The notes beneath the pieces are model-generated. The model had not been told where the DNA came from. It saw only the letters and a program-made list of their open reading frames with translations, and did not search any database. Both the position numbers and the translations under genes were made by a program. DNA of 63,499 bases, counting the filler, from Octopus bimaculoides (lineage: Eukaryota): the NCBI RefSeq assembly GCF_001194135.2. It is 9 parts of 8 records of this genome, joined end to end, with 100 filler letters (N's around TTAATTAATTAA, not from the genome) between each part and the next. Parts side by side here need not be neighbours in the genome. Positions count along the whole stretch, not along the records: positions 23,862 to 45,096 come from NC_068987.1; 8 more parts are not named here. One strand, given 5' to 3'. Position 1 is the first letter of the stretch, and each line of letters begins with the position of its first letter. Shown here one piece after another: positions 26,651 to 40,066 of the stretch.

Positions 26651-27699
26651 GATTAGAGTTTTAGTAAGTCATAGTGATTACATAAGAGGAACGTTGTGTA
26701 AATTCTGAAGTGCAGAAAACATGGAGTTGAATAAATTATTGTTAGTTGAAACGTCCAACTTTTTCTCACAAACCAGGAAATGTATCTACAGAGACTCATC
26801 TGTGAAAGGACCATCATGTATGGGAAAGGGCTACCTCTTACCAACGTCCTTAGCATTGCTGAGGGGCATTCTCGAGTGTGCTACAACAGTAACAACATCA
26901 AGGAGAGATGCTCTACGTCAATGAATCCCAGTCCGTTTGCTCTTGTGGAACTGGACGGTGTTCCAGTCCACTCAGCCATAAACGGGTTCCAATAATATAC
27001 AGAACCTGTAACAGACCAGCGCTCCATTCATGGGTCATGGGTGACTGGGTTGCACTCTCGGTCACTTATACGCCATAGAAGCCGGGTTAAGCTCTGGCCT
27101 TATAAATCATAGGACTCATGACAGATTTAAGTCATAACACTGTATAACAAATTTTTTATATTATTTTTTTGTCTTAGGTCAGGTACTCAATGTGCCATGA
27201 GGTGGTGTTAAGCCGGGTGACGCATTAAGTCCACCATTCAAGTATATCACAACGGGATTTCAACTCAGAACACAAAACCCGAAACAAACACCATGAGGTA
27301 TCCGGTCCGACGTTCTTACAGTTCCTCCAATCCATCTGCCTGAATTGGTACGTTTTTATCGACCCCGGGAAAAAATAAAAGTAAAGTTGGCCTCGGCAAG
27401 ACTTTAACTCTGAGCGCGGAGAGTTTGAACAGTTATCAGTAAGTATTTTATCCGACGCTCTAATGCAGGGTTGTCAAATTCGTTTGACTTTGCGAGCCGG
27501 ATGGAAGCTCCTTAAACAGGGACTCAATACTGTGTTAGTAGTGCTCCAGCATGGCCACAGTCACGTAGCTGAAACGAATAAAAGAATATTCATTCTGCAT
27601 ACGTTCCGGGTGATTCGAACGTAAATATAACTATCGCTGTTGTATTTTGTCGACTTATTTCTCCGCCATAAATACTCTGTCGTTTACTCCTCTTCCTTT

Positions 27700-27771
27700 C
27701 ACTTTATGATGCTGCTGCTGCTACCACTACAACAACTACTACTATGATGATAACTACTATTCCTGCTATTG

Positions 27772-27823
<52 letters not shown>

Positions 27824-27950
27824 AATAATTAATATTACTGCTACAACTACTTCTACTACTACCACTACGACGATGACAACAGCAGCAACAACTACTACTA
27901 CTATTAATACTGTTGCTACTGCTGCTACTGCTACTACTACTACTAATTGC
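27700..27950. repeat. (CTA)n microsatellite complex
   Basis: ctactacta arrays. Confidence 0.88.
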
Positions 27951-28748
27951 AATAACAAAGGTGATACCAACCTGATCCTCAAACGCGATTACTACCATGA
28001 GCCAATGATTAAAGTCTCTAAGCTGTCACTCGACCTGCTGGAAATAACTGTCAATCCTGATGGTCACGGATGAAATGGACAGCCTTTTATCCATCGGCCT
28101 GCTTTCTCAAAGTTGACCTGGGAGGAAACAACAACGATAACCGCAAAACCAGAATAACCACAGTCACAACAACAAAAACCCCATTCCNNNNNNNNNNNNN
28201 NNNNNNNNNNNNNNNNNNNNNNNNNNNNNNNNNNNNNNNNNNNNNNNNNNNNNNNNNNNNNNNNNNNNNNNNNNNNNNNNNNNNNNNNNNNNNNNNNNNN
28301 NNNNNNNNNNNNNNNNNNNNNNNNNNNNNNNNNNNNNNNNNNNNNNNNNNNNNNNNNNNNNNNNNNNNNNNAGGAGGAGGAGGAGGAGGAGGAGGAGGAG
28401 GAGACTGTTGCTACTGCTGCAATAACAATAGATGTTTTCAAAAAAATGCGAGATCATAAATTTAAATGCCAAAATCGTGTCGAATACAGCTTTGACTGAG
28501 GAGAAAAAAAGAAGTTATTTTATTCAACAGACAAAGATTGGGAAAGACCATGAAAGTCACTCCAAGTTCAGCCGCACTGAAACCTTCAAAAGATGACATT
28601 CCCTCATATAGGTCAGTAACCGTTGCCATTTCCAACTATGTCATATACCTGTCGATCGAGGCAGAGAGGGAAGGTCACTAGTAGTGGTATTCTGGATTAT
28701 GTGTGTGGGATGGGTTAGAAGTTTGTATTGTGTTTGTGTGTGTATGTA

Positions 28749-28965
28749 CCAGGGAGGTGCTAAAAGTTCCTGGTTTTGGTTAAAAGAAAGTACAGGAGGA
28801 TCAGTTAATTATGATTGTATCCAACATATTCACCTCTCAGATTCACTCATTCATTGTAGCGGTCCTTCAATCTTTCTAAACCCTGTAAAAGAACTCGGAA
28901 GATTGGGCCTCCAGCCAGGCCTTTCATAGTACCCTTAAAGCCAGGAACGCTTCAGCACCCCATCG
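28749..28965. mobile_element. Tc1/mariner-type MITE (~220 bp)
   Basis: TIRs agggaggtgctaaaagttcctggtttt / aaagccaggaacgcttcagcaccccatcg; homologous to 42664-42885. Confidence 0.8.
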
Positions 28966-30971
28966 TGTGTGTGTGTGTGTGTGTTTGAGTGAGTGTGTGC
29001 GTTGTATGAGTTGTGTTTTTCGTCTATGGAACAGTAAATATTCGTTCAATGGACACAGTGAGCCAATTTATGCTTAGAGTATGGTGCAGTCTTCCTATAA
29101 TGACTAACTTGTGCTATCCAAGGGGCTTCGGTGTGGTGTGGTGTGGTGTGGTGTGGTGTGATGTGATGTGGTGTGGTGTGATGTGGTGTGGTGTCCTGAT
29201 AACTGCGTGTGGTGTCCTGTTATCCTGCTGATTATTATATCAAGGTGACTGTGGTATCCAAGTGATTGTGTTGTCCTGCTGACTATGTCAATAAACCTGT
29301 TCTAGTGCTGTTTCAAGCATCGGAGGTCACCAGTTGTACCATGACGAACACAGATATTTGTTGGCTTTTATTCTTTTCGTACACAAAAAACTAATACTGT
29401 CGTTATTGCGGACAATAAAATGCCCAGGGAGTTTGAATATTACTGTTCTTGGTGTAATTGTTGTAGCAGTTAAAGTGTGGTTATCTGCCTGCTGTGCTAC
29501 TGATTTCTGTCTTTCGTCCATTGCCTTTGTGTTGCCAGATGTTGTTCGCCGTCTCTATTATGCCATCTCCTATAGTGTCTGTCAATGCTCTCTTCAGTCT
29601 CTCTCTCTGTCAAGTAATCAAGGTGTGTCGGATTTAGATTAGGCTCAGAAAGAAACGCGCCGAAAGATGAAATCGTTGCTGGAGCCTGTTCCCCGAGAAG
29701 ACATGATTTGCTAGATTTTTTTTTATCACGTGAGTTATACTCTAGCTAATCGCGACATTAGGTGTAGTAATCTGACTGCTGTAGTGATTGCTACAAGCGA
29801 GCAATGACAATACTGTTAGTAATAACAACAGCAACCATGGACGAGACAATGGGGAGACTATATGTGATTGCTCGACCTGCGAGAAATAGCAACCAAATAA
29901 CACTGAAAACTCGCCCAACTGTCAGGAAAAATAGAATTAGCTACACCGAGTCTAAAAACAACAGACGAGATGGTCACCGCGGGAACGCCTTAGATCATAG
30001 GTTCATTCGATCTGAGCTGTTGTGAAACAGCAACAATGAAGATAACAGTTAACAATACCAGCAACTTCTGTTGCCAATAATATAGAACACAACAGCAAAA
30101 CTACTGCTGTTGCTTGCGGTACAGTGCTGTTGCTCTTGTGTCGTTGCTATTGCTGCTGCTAGTTCATCATCAACATACCATGATTTTTAGAGCAATGTAA
30201 TGCAATTTTGCCTTACCTACTGATTGCCCTATTTAACTGGTTATGGTGTGTTGTCTATTTGACTGTGTTGTATATTTGACTCCAAGAGAACACAGAGCCT
30301 CTTTAAGGATTCCACTATAATGTCTAGGTATTTGTAATCCTCTATTGACTGAGGTGTCCCTGCAATAAAGCCGCGAATTGGAAGAATCGTTAGAGTGTTG
30401 TTTAAAATGTCTCACATTATTTTTCCGACTCATTACGTTGTGTTCAAATCACGCTACGGTCAATTTTTGCATTTCTTCCTTTCGGGGTCGGCAAAAAATG
30501 AACCAATCCAGGACAGTGAATTCAAGAAACTGTTGGAGGGTCGGGCTAAATGCTTTATAGTATCTTTTCCGGTACCTTGTATTCTGCCAGTAACACTGAC
30601 GGCAACACTGGTTCCAAGCAAAGTCGGCGGAAATGTTTGCTCTTGAAAGAACAAAACATGAGTGGCGTAAACAGGGAAGACTTGCGCGGATGGGAAAACG
30701 CTATTTTCCTCAAAAGAACTTGTTCATCCTTGCACATACATGCGCGGATGCACATATAGGTGTAGATGCACGTACATGTACAAATGTACACGCATGCAGT
30801 TGCACAAGCAGAAGAAAGTTATTTTGCAAGTACGAATATCGATGAATTTTGAACAACGGATGTTCTACCGACTCTAATGTCAAGTTGGCAGTTTCCTAGC
30901 CGTAGTGAGATGAAAACGAGTCCCTGACATACGTATTCATATCCTTTATGACGTGTGTGTGCGCGCGTGCG

Positions 30972-31011
<40 letters not shown>

Positions 31012-31589
31012 GCGTGTGTGTGTTTTGCGTGTGTATGTTTCCGTGTGTATGTGTGTGCGTGTGTGTGTGTGTGTGCTTGCGTGTGTTTGTGTGTGTGCGT
31101 GTGTGTGATGAGTGAACATGTGAGTGTGTACGTGTACGATGATGAATGTGAAGAGACATTTGTGATGAACAGTGTGTGTGTATGTCTGTGTGTTAATTTG
31201 TGTGTGCATGCGCATACGCGCGTCGGCGTATTCATGTGTATGCATTTGCTTCAGTTTATTTTCCGACTGTCTTGTTCCTTTCATTCGTATTTATCTCATA
31301 CATCTCAAGGAAATAAAGGATTTATCTACATAGTTATTCGCAAATATATACATTTATATATGGCCTAACACGCGTAAATGTATATATGACTTGAACTCTC
31401 TCAAGCGACAGTCTTGAACTCTCTCAAGAAGAACTTAAATAAAACTCAAAGAAAAATCATTAATACATACATACATACGTACGTACATACATACATGCAT
31501 GAATGCATACATACATACATACATGCATACATACATACATACACACATACATACATACATGCATGCATACATACATACATACATACATG

Positions 31590-33230
31590 AATGTTGTTAA
31601 ATGGTTGTGAAGAGGGGGAAAACTGTAAACCAGACTAGTGACATCTCCATCAATGATTTGCCTGCTTCCCCTATATCTGACGAGGAATGTTGCAGGTACC
31701 TAGGGGTGGATGATGACATATCTTACAATGGCACCTGTGACAAAACGCGCGTCACTAAAGAATATTACAACTGAATAAAGAAAATTTGGATCTCAGAACT
31801 CTCTGCATTCAATAAAACACAATGTATCTGCAGTGCCAGTACTCATACCAACATTTGGGATGCTTGATTGGACGCTTGATGAGATCCGAGCCATTGATGT
31901 GAAAACCCGAAAAATACTAACAAGCACACATAATTTCCACATAAACAGTGACGTAGACTGCCTCGACCTACAACGAAAACAAGGCGGCAGAGGCTTAACA
32001 TCGATCCAAAATGCCTTTGAATGTCGTATCCTATCCCTTCGGCAACATCTTTTAACCAACAAGTGTCGAAGTGCATCCCTTGACCAAGTTTGCATACATG
32101 AGGCTGATGACATCATAAGACTTGGAAGGCAGTACCTTGAGCAACATTCTTTGTCTGATAACCTAGAATACATGCCCAAAGAAGCCGCACGACCCTACCG
32201 CAACGTATCATCAGATGAAAGGATGAGCCTATATGAGCAGAAGACTATGCATGGATATATTAGTAGAAAACTCCGAGATGAGAGTAACAGCGATCGTCAA
32301 AGCAGTTTATCATGGACGAATAGCCGGATTACTACCTCCCACTTTGAAGGGTATGCGTTTGCAATCCAGGAACAGGAAATATCAACCAAATACCTGATGC
32401 ACAAAAGAAATAAAGATTCAGGAAAGGCAGTAAAATGTGACAACTGATGCAGACTTTGTGGAGTTAACACCGAAAATATCACCTACATCATAAGCAGTTG
32501 TCCGAAAATGTCATCACGGTATTATCTCCCGATGGGACATGATGTAGCTAGGACACTCTATAATGAAATCCATCGGAAAGATAACTCCGAGAACAAAGAA
32601 ATAGAACCCACTGTATGGTAGAAGCCATAGCCACTCATAATAAAAAGAAGTATTGGTGAAATGCACCAGTGAAGACCTCAATAAAATGTAAGCAAAACAG
32701 ACCTAATATAATGATTTGAGATAGAGAAGAGAAACTGTGCACAGCTGTGGAAATTAGCTGCCAAACGGATGTTAACATAAAGCTGAAGATCGGTGAAAAA
32801 GAGAACACCTATGCTGAACTATTGAGAAATCTGCAGTTACTCTATCCACACTTCAAGTTCAGGATTATACCTGTAATTATTGCGGCCTTCGTATATGTAA
32901 CACACTGCCTAAATACCAATCTTAAGAAATCAGGCTTCTCAAAACTATCAAGGAGAAATCTAATTCGAAGACTACAAATCCAATCTATCACTGGAACTGT
33001 AAAAATCTGCAAAACTTTCCATATATATATATATATGATCATGTCTAGATATGCAACTATATGCATGAGAATACATGTATAAAGCAAAACATACAAATCT
33101 GAACACATACATACATACATACAAAAATACCCTGTCGTTGATGTTGAAATTCAATGAAGGAGCCTTGAATCTAGATTAGAAACCGGCTCTTTCTCTATTG
33201 GCAAGAAATTTTGAAATAAAATGAACAATG
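31590..33230 (+). mobile_element. 5'-truncated R4/Dong-clade non-LTR retrotransposon (RT thumb, CCHC knuckle, restriction-like endonuclease), pseudogenised
   Basis: VVKRGK..CCRYLGV..KEYYN*IKKIWISELSAFNK, then AVPVLIPTFGMLDWT..RKQGGRGL..HFEGYAFAIQEQEI, CRLC..TENITYIISSCPKMS, RPNIMI..EISCQTDVNIKLKIGEKENTY; flanked on both sides by (CATA)n. Confidence 0.88.
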
Positions 33231-33872
33231 ACATACATGCATACATACATACATACATACATGTATACATACATACAATCAAGAGCATTAACTTTTAGAA
33301 ACAAATTGTCAGTGACTTCAATGTTACTGCTTGCTCGCCTTGTAAAAGTACATAAATACATACTCTTCTAAAACGTACAAAGTAATCCTTTAATTTAATA
33401 TTAAATTGTTATTATATAAATTTTGACATACAAACAGATATATATGTGTTATTTCATATACATTTACTAACAACAATTTTCATGTATATGTATGCACAAT
33501 GCACACTATTGCACTTGCTGATAACCAAAACTAAGAAACAGCTGTAAGGGATTGCCTGGATTCTCCTCTCTCTTATTTATGTTAGTGTATAAACTCTCTA
33601 AATATCTACCTATGAAAAACATCTATAGACTTTCTTTTACTACTTTTTCTTAATTATATTTAAATTCACATATGTATAACTAATTTATAAATGCTTTGAT
33701 GAACTTTCATTACCTCTACCAGTACATTTCCTACAACTAAACAATGTATGCTTGGATTACGTCTTCCATCATTTGATGTTGGATTTTAGGTATTTGATCT
33801 GATCTGAGCACTAATCTGTCGTTATTATACACTTTTTGACGTACTCATGTATGTATATATTTATATATATAC

Positions 33873-33919
<47 letters not shown>

Positions 33920-34302
33920 TATGACTGTTATGCAATGTAACTTTCCGTTTTGTAGTGAGAAAAGCAACCAGACGGAAGAAATATCTTCATTTATATAGAA
34001 GATCAAAAATAAAATCACAGATGGCAAAAAGAGAAACGAATGCGTAATCCAGCGAGAAAAGTATTGAAAATAACCGTTAACAGATAAGGATGTATAAACG
34101 CCCTCGGGCAAGCTGCATGGTGCGAGTACACTCGCTCATACAAGCATCCGCAAAAATACGAGCATACGCACGCGTGAGGTTTGGTGCACTCATGATTACA
34201 AAGCGAGTTATCTATCTACCTGGTGTTTATAAGAATGGGGAGGTTAAAAGTAAACTTAAGTCATCCATACCTTAAAGTAAATTAAATCAAGTTAACGGTT
34301 AC

Positions 34303-35135
34303 TCAAAATTCATTCTCACAGCACTGTGAGAAAGTACATTTATATGCATGTAGGCATCTCGAGAGACGTTCAGGAATTCTATTAATTATCTTATCGTTAG
34401 TCCACAGAATAGACAGGGACTCCTCAGAGCAGAGATGGCATCTGGAAATTATATTGTATGGTTTCGCATACCTTACTATGGACCAATTAATGCTGTACTT
34501 CGTCTTATCCTCCTTCAGTCGCCATACAAAATCTGCCAAAGATGCTGAATGTCTCATTGCTTTCTTAAAGCTGGCAACATGGTTAGGTTAACGATTCTTC
34601 AATGAATCAGCCGTCTGCCAAATTTAAACGTAGGGCCCTCTGTACATTTATATACAAGATTTGTACATATACAAAAATTCATCAAAGAACATTTTGATTT
34701 TTCTCTGCATGACCATATATCGTATTTATTTGTATATAAGGCAGTCCTGACTCCATTTACCGGCGTTGTTCCCGTGTTAGCTGTAATATAAGTATTTCTA
34801 CTACAACAAATTGGTCGTAGTTGTTGTTTATCAATGCAGTTTACATCTCCTTTGTTGGTATTTAGATGCATATGTTCGCTAGATTCAGTAGGCGGGTTAT
34901 TGAACCCTTGCCGCATTTTGCTATTGTTAAATTAGCAGAGTTGGCGTAGGATACCTGCACGGTATGTCGATTAAAAGTAGTGTGGTACCGATTAGATTTA
35001 GGAAAACACTTGTCCAAAGCAGCAAAAAATTTTCCAGCTGTTGAATGTCCCACCCAAGAGGACTCGATGTGTCGAAACAATCGTCGTGATTAATGATAAA
35101 TTCTCGTATATTCCATCTTCCGTCTTTCATTTGCC
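34303..35135 (-). mobile_element. Penelope-like element, 3' part (linker and GIY-YIG endonuclease), decayed
   Basis: GKFFAALDKCFPKSNRYHTTFNRHTVQVSY, CREKSKCSL..CTNLVYKCT..EGPTFK, SLADFVWRLK..SINWSIVRYAKPY..CHLCSEE..RCLH are PLE-type motifs. Confidence 0.82.
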
Positions 35136-35519
35136 NNNNNNNNNNNNNNNNNNNNNNNNNNNNNNNNNNNNNNNNNNNNNNNNNNNNNNNNNNNNNNNNN
35201 NNNNNNNNNNNNNNNNNNNNNNNNNNNNNNNNNNNNNNNNNNNNNNNNNNNNNNNNNNNNNNNNNNNNNNNNNATATATATATATATATATATATATACA
35301 CATGTACACACATATATTTATGGACATCCATCCGTACACACAAACACATATACATATACATCCAAACGTACCAATACTTGCATGCACACATGTATACAAA
35401 CATACAAATATATATACATATATGCATACATAAATTCACATACACAAAGACGAGCACACGTACACAGAAACATATATACGTACATGCATGCTCACAGACA
35501 TACATACAAGCATACTTAA

Positions 35520-36125
35520 ATACGTGCATACGCCGCGTTCCTGGTCAAAACGCGCGGAATACCATCGAAGTAGGAGATAAAATCCACTTCCCGTCTCCGA
35601 CACACCATGCACTCTGTACGGTTCAGCAAATTACCGCTGAAATTCCGCACATATCTATTTGGATTCAAATAGCATTCGCCTGACCCGATAAAGACAGAAA
35701 ATGTGGATTTTTTGCCAAACAGCGCCACTACAATCCGGGCCCGTCGAACGACTCTCATTCCCTCGTGTGTTAACGCACGCGCCCTAAGTCTGACAACACA
35801 ACCTTCGTGCTTGGTATTGAAGAACTGATCAATAGCCAATCTCGCCTCTTCTAGCTTTCTAACTAGGTCTCCTTCTTTCCTAAATTCTTCTAACTCTATT
35901 TCGTTACTAGACCCTACCGCCTCTACTCTAATATCCCTTTTCAGGGTTATCCACCATGGGTTGTTGACGATTGCACCCGACAACTTCCAATGACGCAGAC
36001 AGCAACTAGTCTAAAAACACCACTTTCGTTATTGCTCTCATCCAGGACCTCCAACTGGCTATCCGGATCCATGAAGATTGCCTGTACCTTGAGATCCAAG
36101 CCTTTTCTAAATGACACTTCCACTC
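35520..36125 (-). mobile_element. Tx1/L1-clade LINE ORF2 relic (APE endonuclease fragment and EN-RT linker)
   Basis: VSFRKGLDLKVQAIFMDPD..LEVLD..GVFRLVAV (endonuclease-like), then WWITLKRDIR..KLEEARLAIDQFFNTKHEGCVVR.RARAL..EG and FISYFDGIPR. Confidence 0.65.
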
Positions 36126-36129
36126 TGCC

Positions 36130-36250
36130 TCTTATACCAGCATTGAGCAGCAGTCATGATGTCAGCATTTTGATGACTCGTGTGAATCATCATGATGCAG
36201 GTAACTCTTTCCCTATATTTAGATGGCTTCCAATCCGCCATGTCAGCTAA
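36130..36250 (-). mobile_element. Possible Tc1/maT transposase N-terminal fragment
   Basis: MADWKPSKYRERVTCIMMIHTSHQNADIMTAAQC resembles, from memory only, N-termini of invertebrate maT-type transposases. Confidence 0.4.
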
Positions 36251-37155
36251 CGTTTTCTCAACTACACCTTTAACCTTTATGCTTTCCAATGCCGTTGAGT
36301 GCTAACCACTACATGGAGCTTATAACATATAAAATCAACAAATTTAACCTGAATACCTTCTAAAGCAACAGTTGACAATGTAGTGTTATATACAAGACAC
36401 CTGAAAAATAAGACAGGATGGTCGTGGCGGGCATGTTTATGATTATACGTGGATTTGGTCATGGCTTACAACAGGCTAGACAACAAGAACACCAGAATCA
36501 AACAACGCAACAATCAGTCCACGAACCCCACCCCACAATCACCTCAAGACAACCACTTCACAAAAAATACCAAAACACTTCAGTAACACAAACAACCACA
36601 CTGCAACCACCAACCACACTACTGCTGTTACATCACCACCGACAAACAGACAAATACACAATGTCTATATATACATATGTATGTGTGCGTGTGTGTGTGT
36701 GTGTGTGTGNNNNNNNNNNNNNNNNNNNNNNNNNNNNNNNNNNNNNNNNNNNNNNNNNNNNNNNNNNNNNNNNNNNNNNNNNNNNNNNNNNNNNNNNNNN
36801 NNNNNNNNNNNNNNNNNNNNNNNNNNNNNNNNNNNNNNNNNNNNNNNNNNNNNNNNNNNNNNNNNNNNNNNNNNNNNNNNNNNNNNNNNNNNNNNNNNNN
36901 NNNNNNNNNNNNNNNNNNNNNNNNNNNNNNNNNNNNNNNNNNNNNNNNNNNNNNNNNNNNNNNNNNNNNNNNNNNNNNNNNNNNNNNNNNNNNNNNNNNN
37001 NNNNNNNNNNNNNNNNNNNNNNNNNNNNNNNNNNNNNNNNNNNNNNNNNNNNNNNNNNNNNNNNNNNNNNNNNNNNNNNNNNNNNNNNNNNNNNNNNNNN
37101 NNNNNNNNNNNNNNNNNNNNNNNNNNNNNNNNNNNNNNNNNNNNNNNNNNNNNNN

Positions 37156-37186
<31 letters not shown>

Positions 37187-37193
37187 GTATATG

Positions 37194-37225
<32 letters not shown>

Positions 37226-38492
37226 TGTATTTGTGTATATCTATGTACATGTATCTTTATGTATCTATCTATAGGTGTAACTACATGCATGTATATAATA
37301 TATATATATATATATATGCATATATATATGTGTGTGTGTGTGTATGTGTGTGTGTATGTATGTGTGTGTGTGTGTGTGTGAGTGTGTGTAAGCTGTACAG
37401 GAAAGAACAAGAGAAATTTTGCCAGATAAGGGATGATGAGGTGAGTTAATCAACTATAATTTTACAGGTGAGTTCATCAATGCTCTATGAAGTGCACGCC
37501 GCTAATTTCCCGTCTATTTGCAGCTATTTGCTCCAGCATCGCGCGCCATTAGTTTTTCCCCAGGGTAAAAGGACACCACTGGACAATTTTCTTCTAATTG
37601 GTCACCGCTGTGTATCTTGGTCTCTATTTCAGAACCGTTGTCGCCCATTTTCTTTCGTATTCTCATACTCACTCTCTTTATCACTTCTATACATATATAT
37701 ATATATATATATCCGCTATTATATATGCATACTTGTATACGCATATATATATTTATAATTAATCTTGTATAGACATATATTCATCGACATATNNNNNNNN
37801 NNNNNNNNNNNNNNNNNNNNNNNNNNNNNNNNNNNNNNNNNNNNNNNNNNNNNNNNNNNNNNNNNNNNNNNNNNNNNNNNNNNNNNNNNNNNNNNNNNNN
37901 NNNNNNNNNNNNNNNNNNNNNNNNNNNNNNNNNNNNNNNNNNNNNNNNNNNNNNNNNNNNNNNNNNNNNNNNNNNNNNNNNNNNNNNNNNNNNNNNNNNN
38001 NNNNNNNNNNNNNNNNNNNNNNNNNNNNNNNNNNNNNNNNNNNNNNNNNNNNNNNNNNNNNNNNNNNNNNNNNNNNNNNNNNNNNNNNNNNNNNNNNNNN
38101 NNNNNNNNNNNNNNNNNNNNNNNNNNNNNNNNNNNNNNNNNNNNNNNNNNNNNNNNNNNNNNNNNNNNNNNNNNNNNNNNNNNNNNNNNNNNNNNNNNNN
38201 NNNNNNNNNNNNNNNNNNNNNNNNNNNNNNNNNNNNNNNNNNNNNNNNNNNNNNNNNNNNNNNNNNNNNNNNNNNNNNNNNNNNNNNNNNNNNNNNNNNN
38301 NNNNNNNNATGTATGCTTGTGTGCACTGCATCATATTGTATATCTATGCGAATGTATATGACAGTTTGTATGTGAATGTATGCATGTATATCTATGTATA
38401 TAGACGTATGTGTATTTGTGTTTATGAATGTGTATGTGTGTATGTTCTTATGCTTGTGTGCGTATTTGTTCATTTCTGTGCATATTTGTGTA

Positions 38493-38532
<40 letters not shown>

Positions 38533-40009
38533 TGTGCGTGTGTGTGTATGCGTCCTCATGTCAGTATGTGCACTTTCGTGCCTGTGTGTCTGTGTGTGTC
38601 TGTGCTGTGTGTGTGTTTGTGTGTGTGTGTTTGTGTGCGTGTGTGTAAGAGAAAGGTGGAGGCATGCTCTGTGAGGTTATCTTCGTGTTTGTGTATGTAT
38701 GTTTAAATGTCCGCGTGAGTGATTGTGCGAATGACAAAATGCGTAAGACAGTGTTTAAATGTAAGAGGACATGTCATAGCCGACGGGATTAAGACGCTCG
38801 CTTCACAAGCATGAGAACACGGGTTCAGACCCACTGATGGTGTTTTGAGCACGTCTTTTTAATACGGCCTCAACTCAAGTTTGTGTCTGATACTGATAGG
38901 ATGGAAACTATAAAAGTCAGCCTTGTTACATTCTACTTATAGCACTGTTTTTTACCGGAGAATTAATATAAGTTCACGAATGTCTGCGATGTACTCATCC
39001 ACTCACTCTTTACTTTAAGTACTGAGTAATTCAAATGATAAAATAATTGATATACTCATCATCGAAAACAGTTGAGATCCATTAACCATGTAGTTTTATG
39101 TCAATGTGTATGTGTGGTATTTTTCGTTGCTTATACATGAAAGTATATTTCGTTTCTGTCTTCCACTGTAATCTCATTCACTTGTAAAAAGCATCCCAAT
39201 ACAATAATATAAATGTTGCTTGCTTGCTTGCTTACTTGGTAGGTTGCTTGCTTGGTAGGTTGGTTGGTTGGTTGGTTGGTTGGTTGGTTCATTGATTTCT
39301 CCAGTCATGCTTTACATTATATATAGAGAGAGAAGGAGAAAGAGAGAGTACAAGGAGATACAGAGAGAGTTAACATAACAGATGCAGGATACATAAGAGT
39401 TGTACAATTTTAAATGAAATGTTGCAGAGATAGGTATTTCAATAGAACAGATTACGATTATGTCGATATAAGATTTACAAAAATAGTAACATACATTCAT
39501 TGCAAATATACAAGTACGAAATTTGTTTTATCTAATTTTAGTTAAGGTAATAATTTTTTCTTTTTCGTTTGTTAAAAATTGGGTAGTCATTTCATAATTT
39601 TGAATAAACACCAAGAAATTTGATAGAAGTTGAATTATAACAATTGTATGTTATGCCATTTTTCCCGATATTACCCATGGTGGCAAAACTATACTTCCTA
39701 AGTTACTCGATATATGATGGGTAACAATCTAGTTTGATACTTTATTTTATCTAAATAAAGAATGGTGAAAGGCAATGTTGCCTTCGGCGAGGTTTGAACA
39801 CAGAACGTAAGTGTCTGTATCTAATTACGTTCCACAAACCCTTTGTTCCAAAGTTCTAACGATTCTTTCAAATCCACTGTCCATTTCTATGATTACGTGT
39901 GCTCTTACGCAGAATTAATTGAAAGTCAGCGCCTGAATTGATATTTCATTTAGGTGTATGAGTGTAATACAGGTGTTTGTTATAAAGAAGACAGAGATAG
40001 AAATAAATG

Positions 40010-40066
<57 letters not shown>

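Noticed and set aside
26660-26995. Non-repetitive short ORFs (YLQRLICERTIMYGKG..) as an exon or TE fragment
   Set aside because: No family motif or convincing splice sites recognised; left unassigned pending a BLAST search
37401-37473. Plus-strand splice-signal cluster (gag|gtgagt and tttacag|gtgagt)
   Set aside because: Opposite strand to SK, the implied intron is only 27 nt, and an 8-mer like this is expected about once by chance in a window this size
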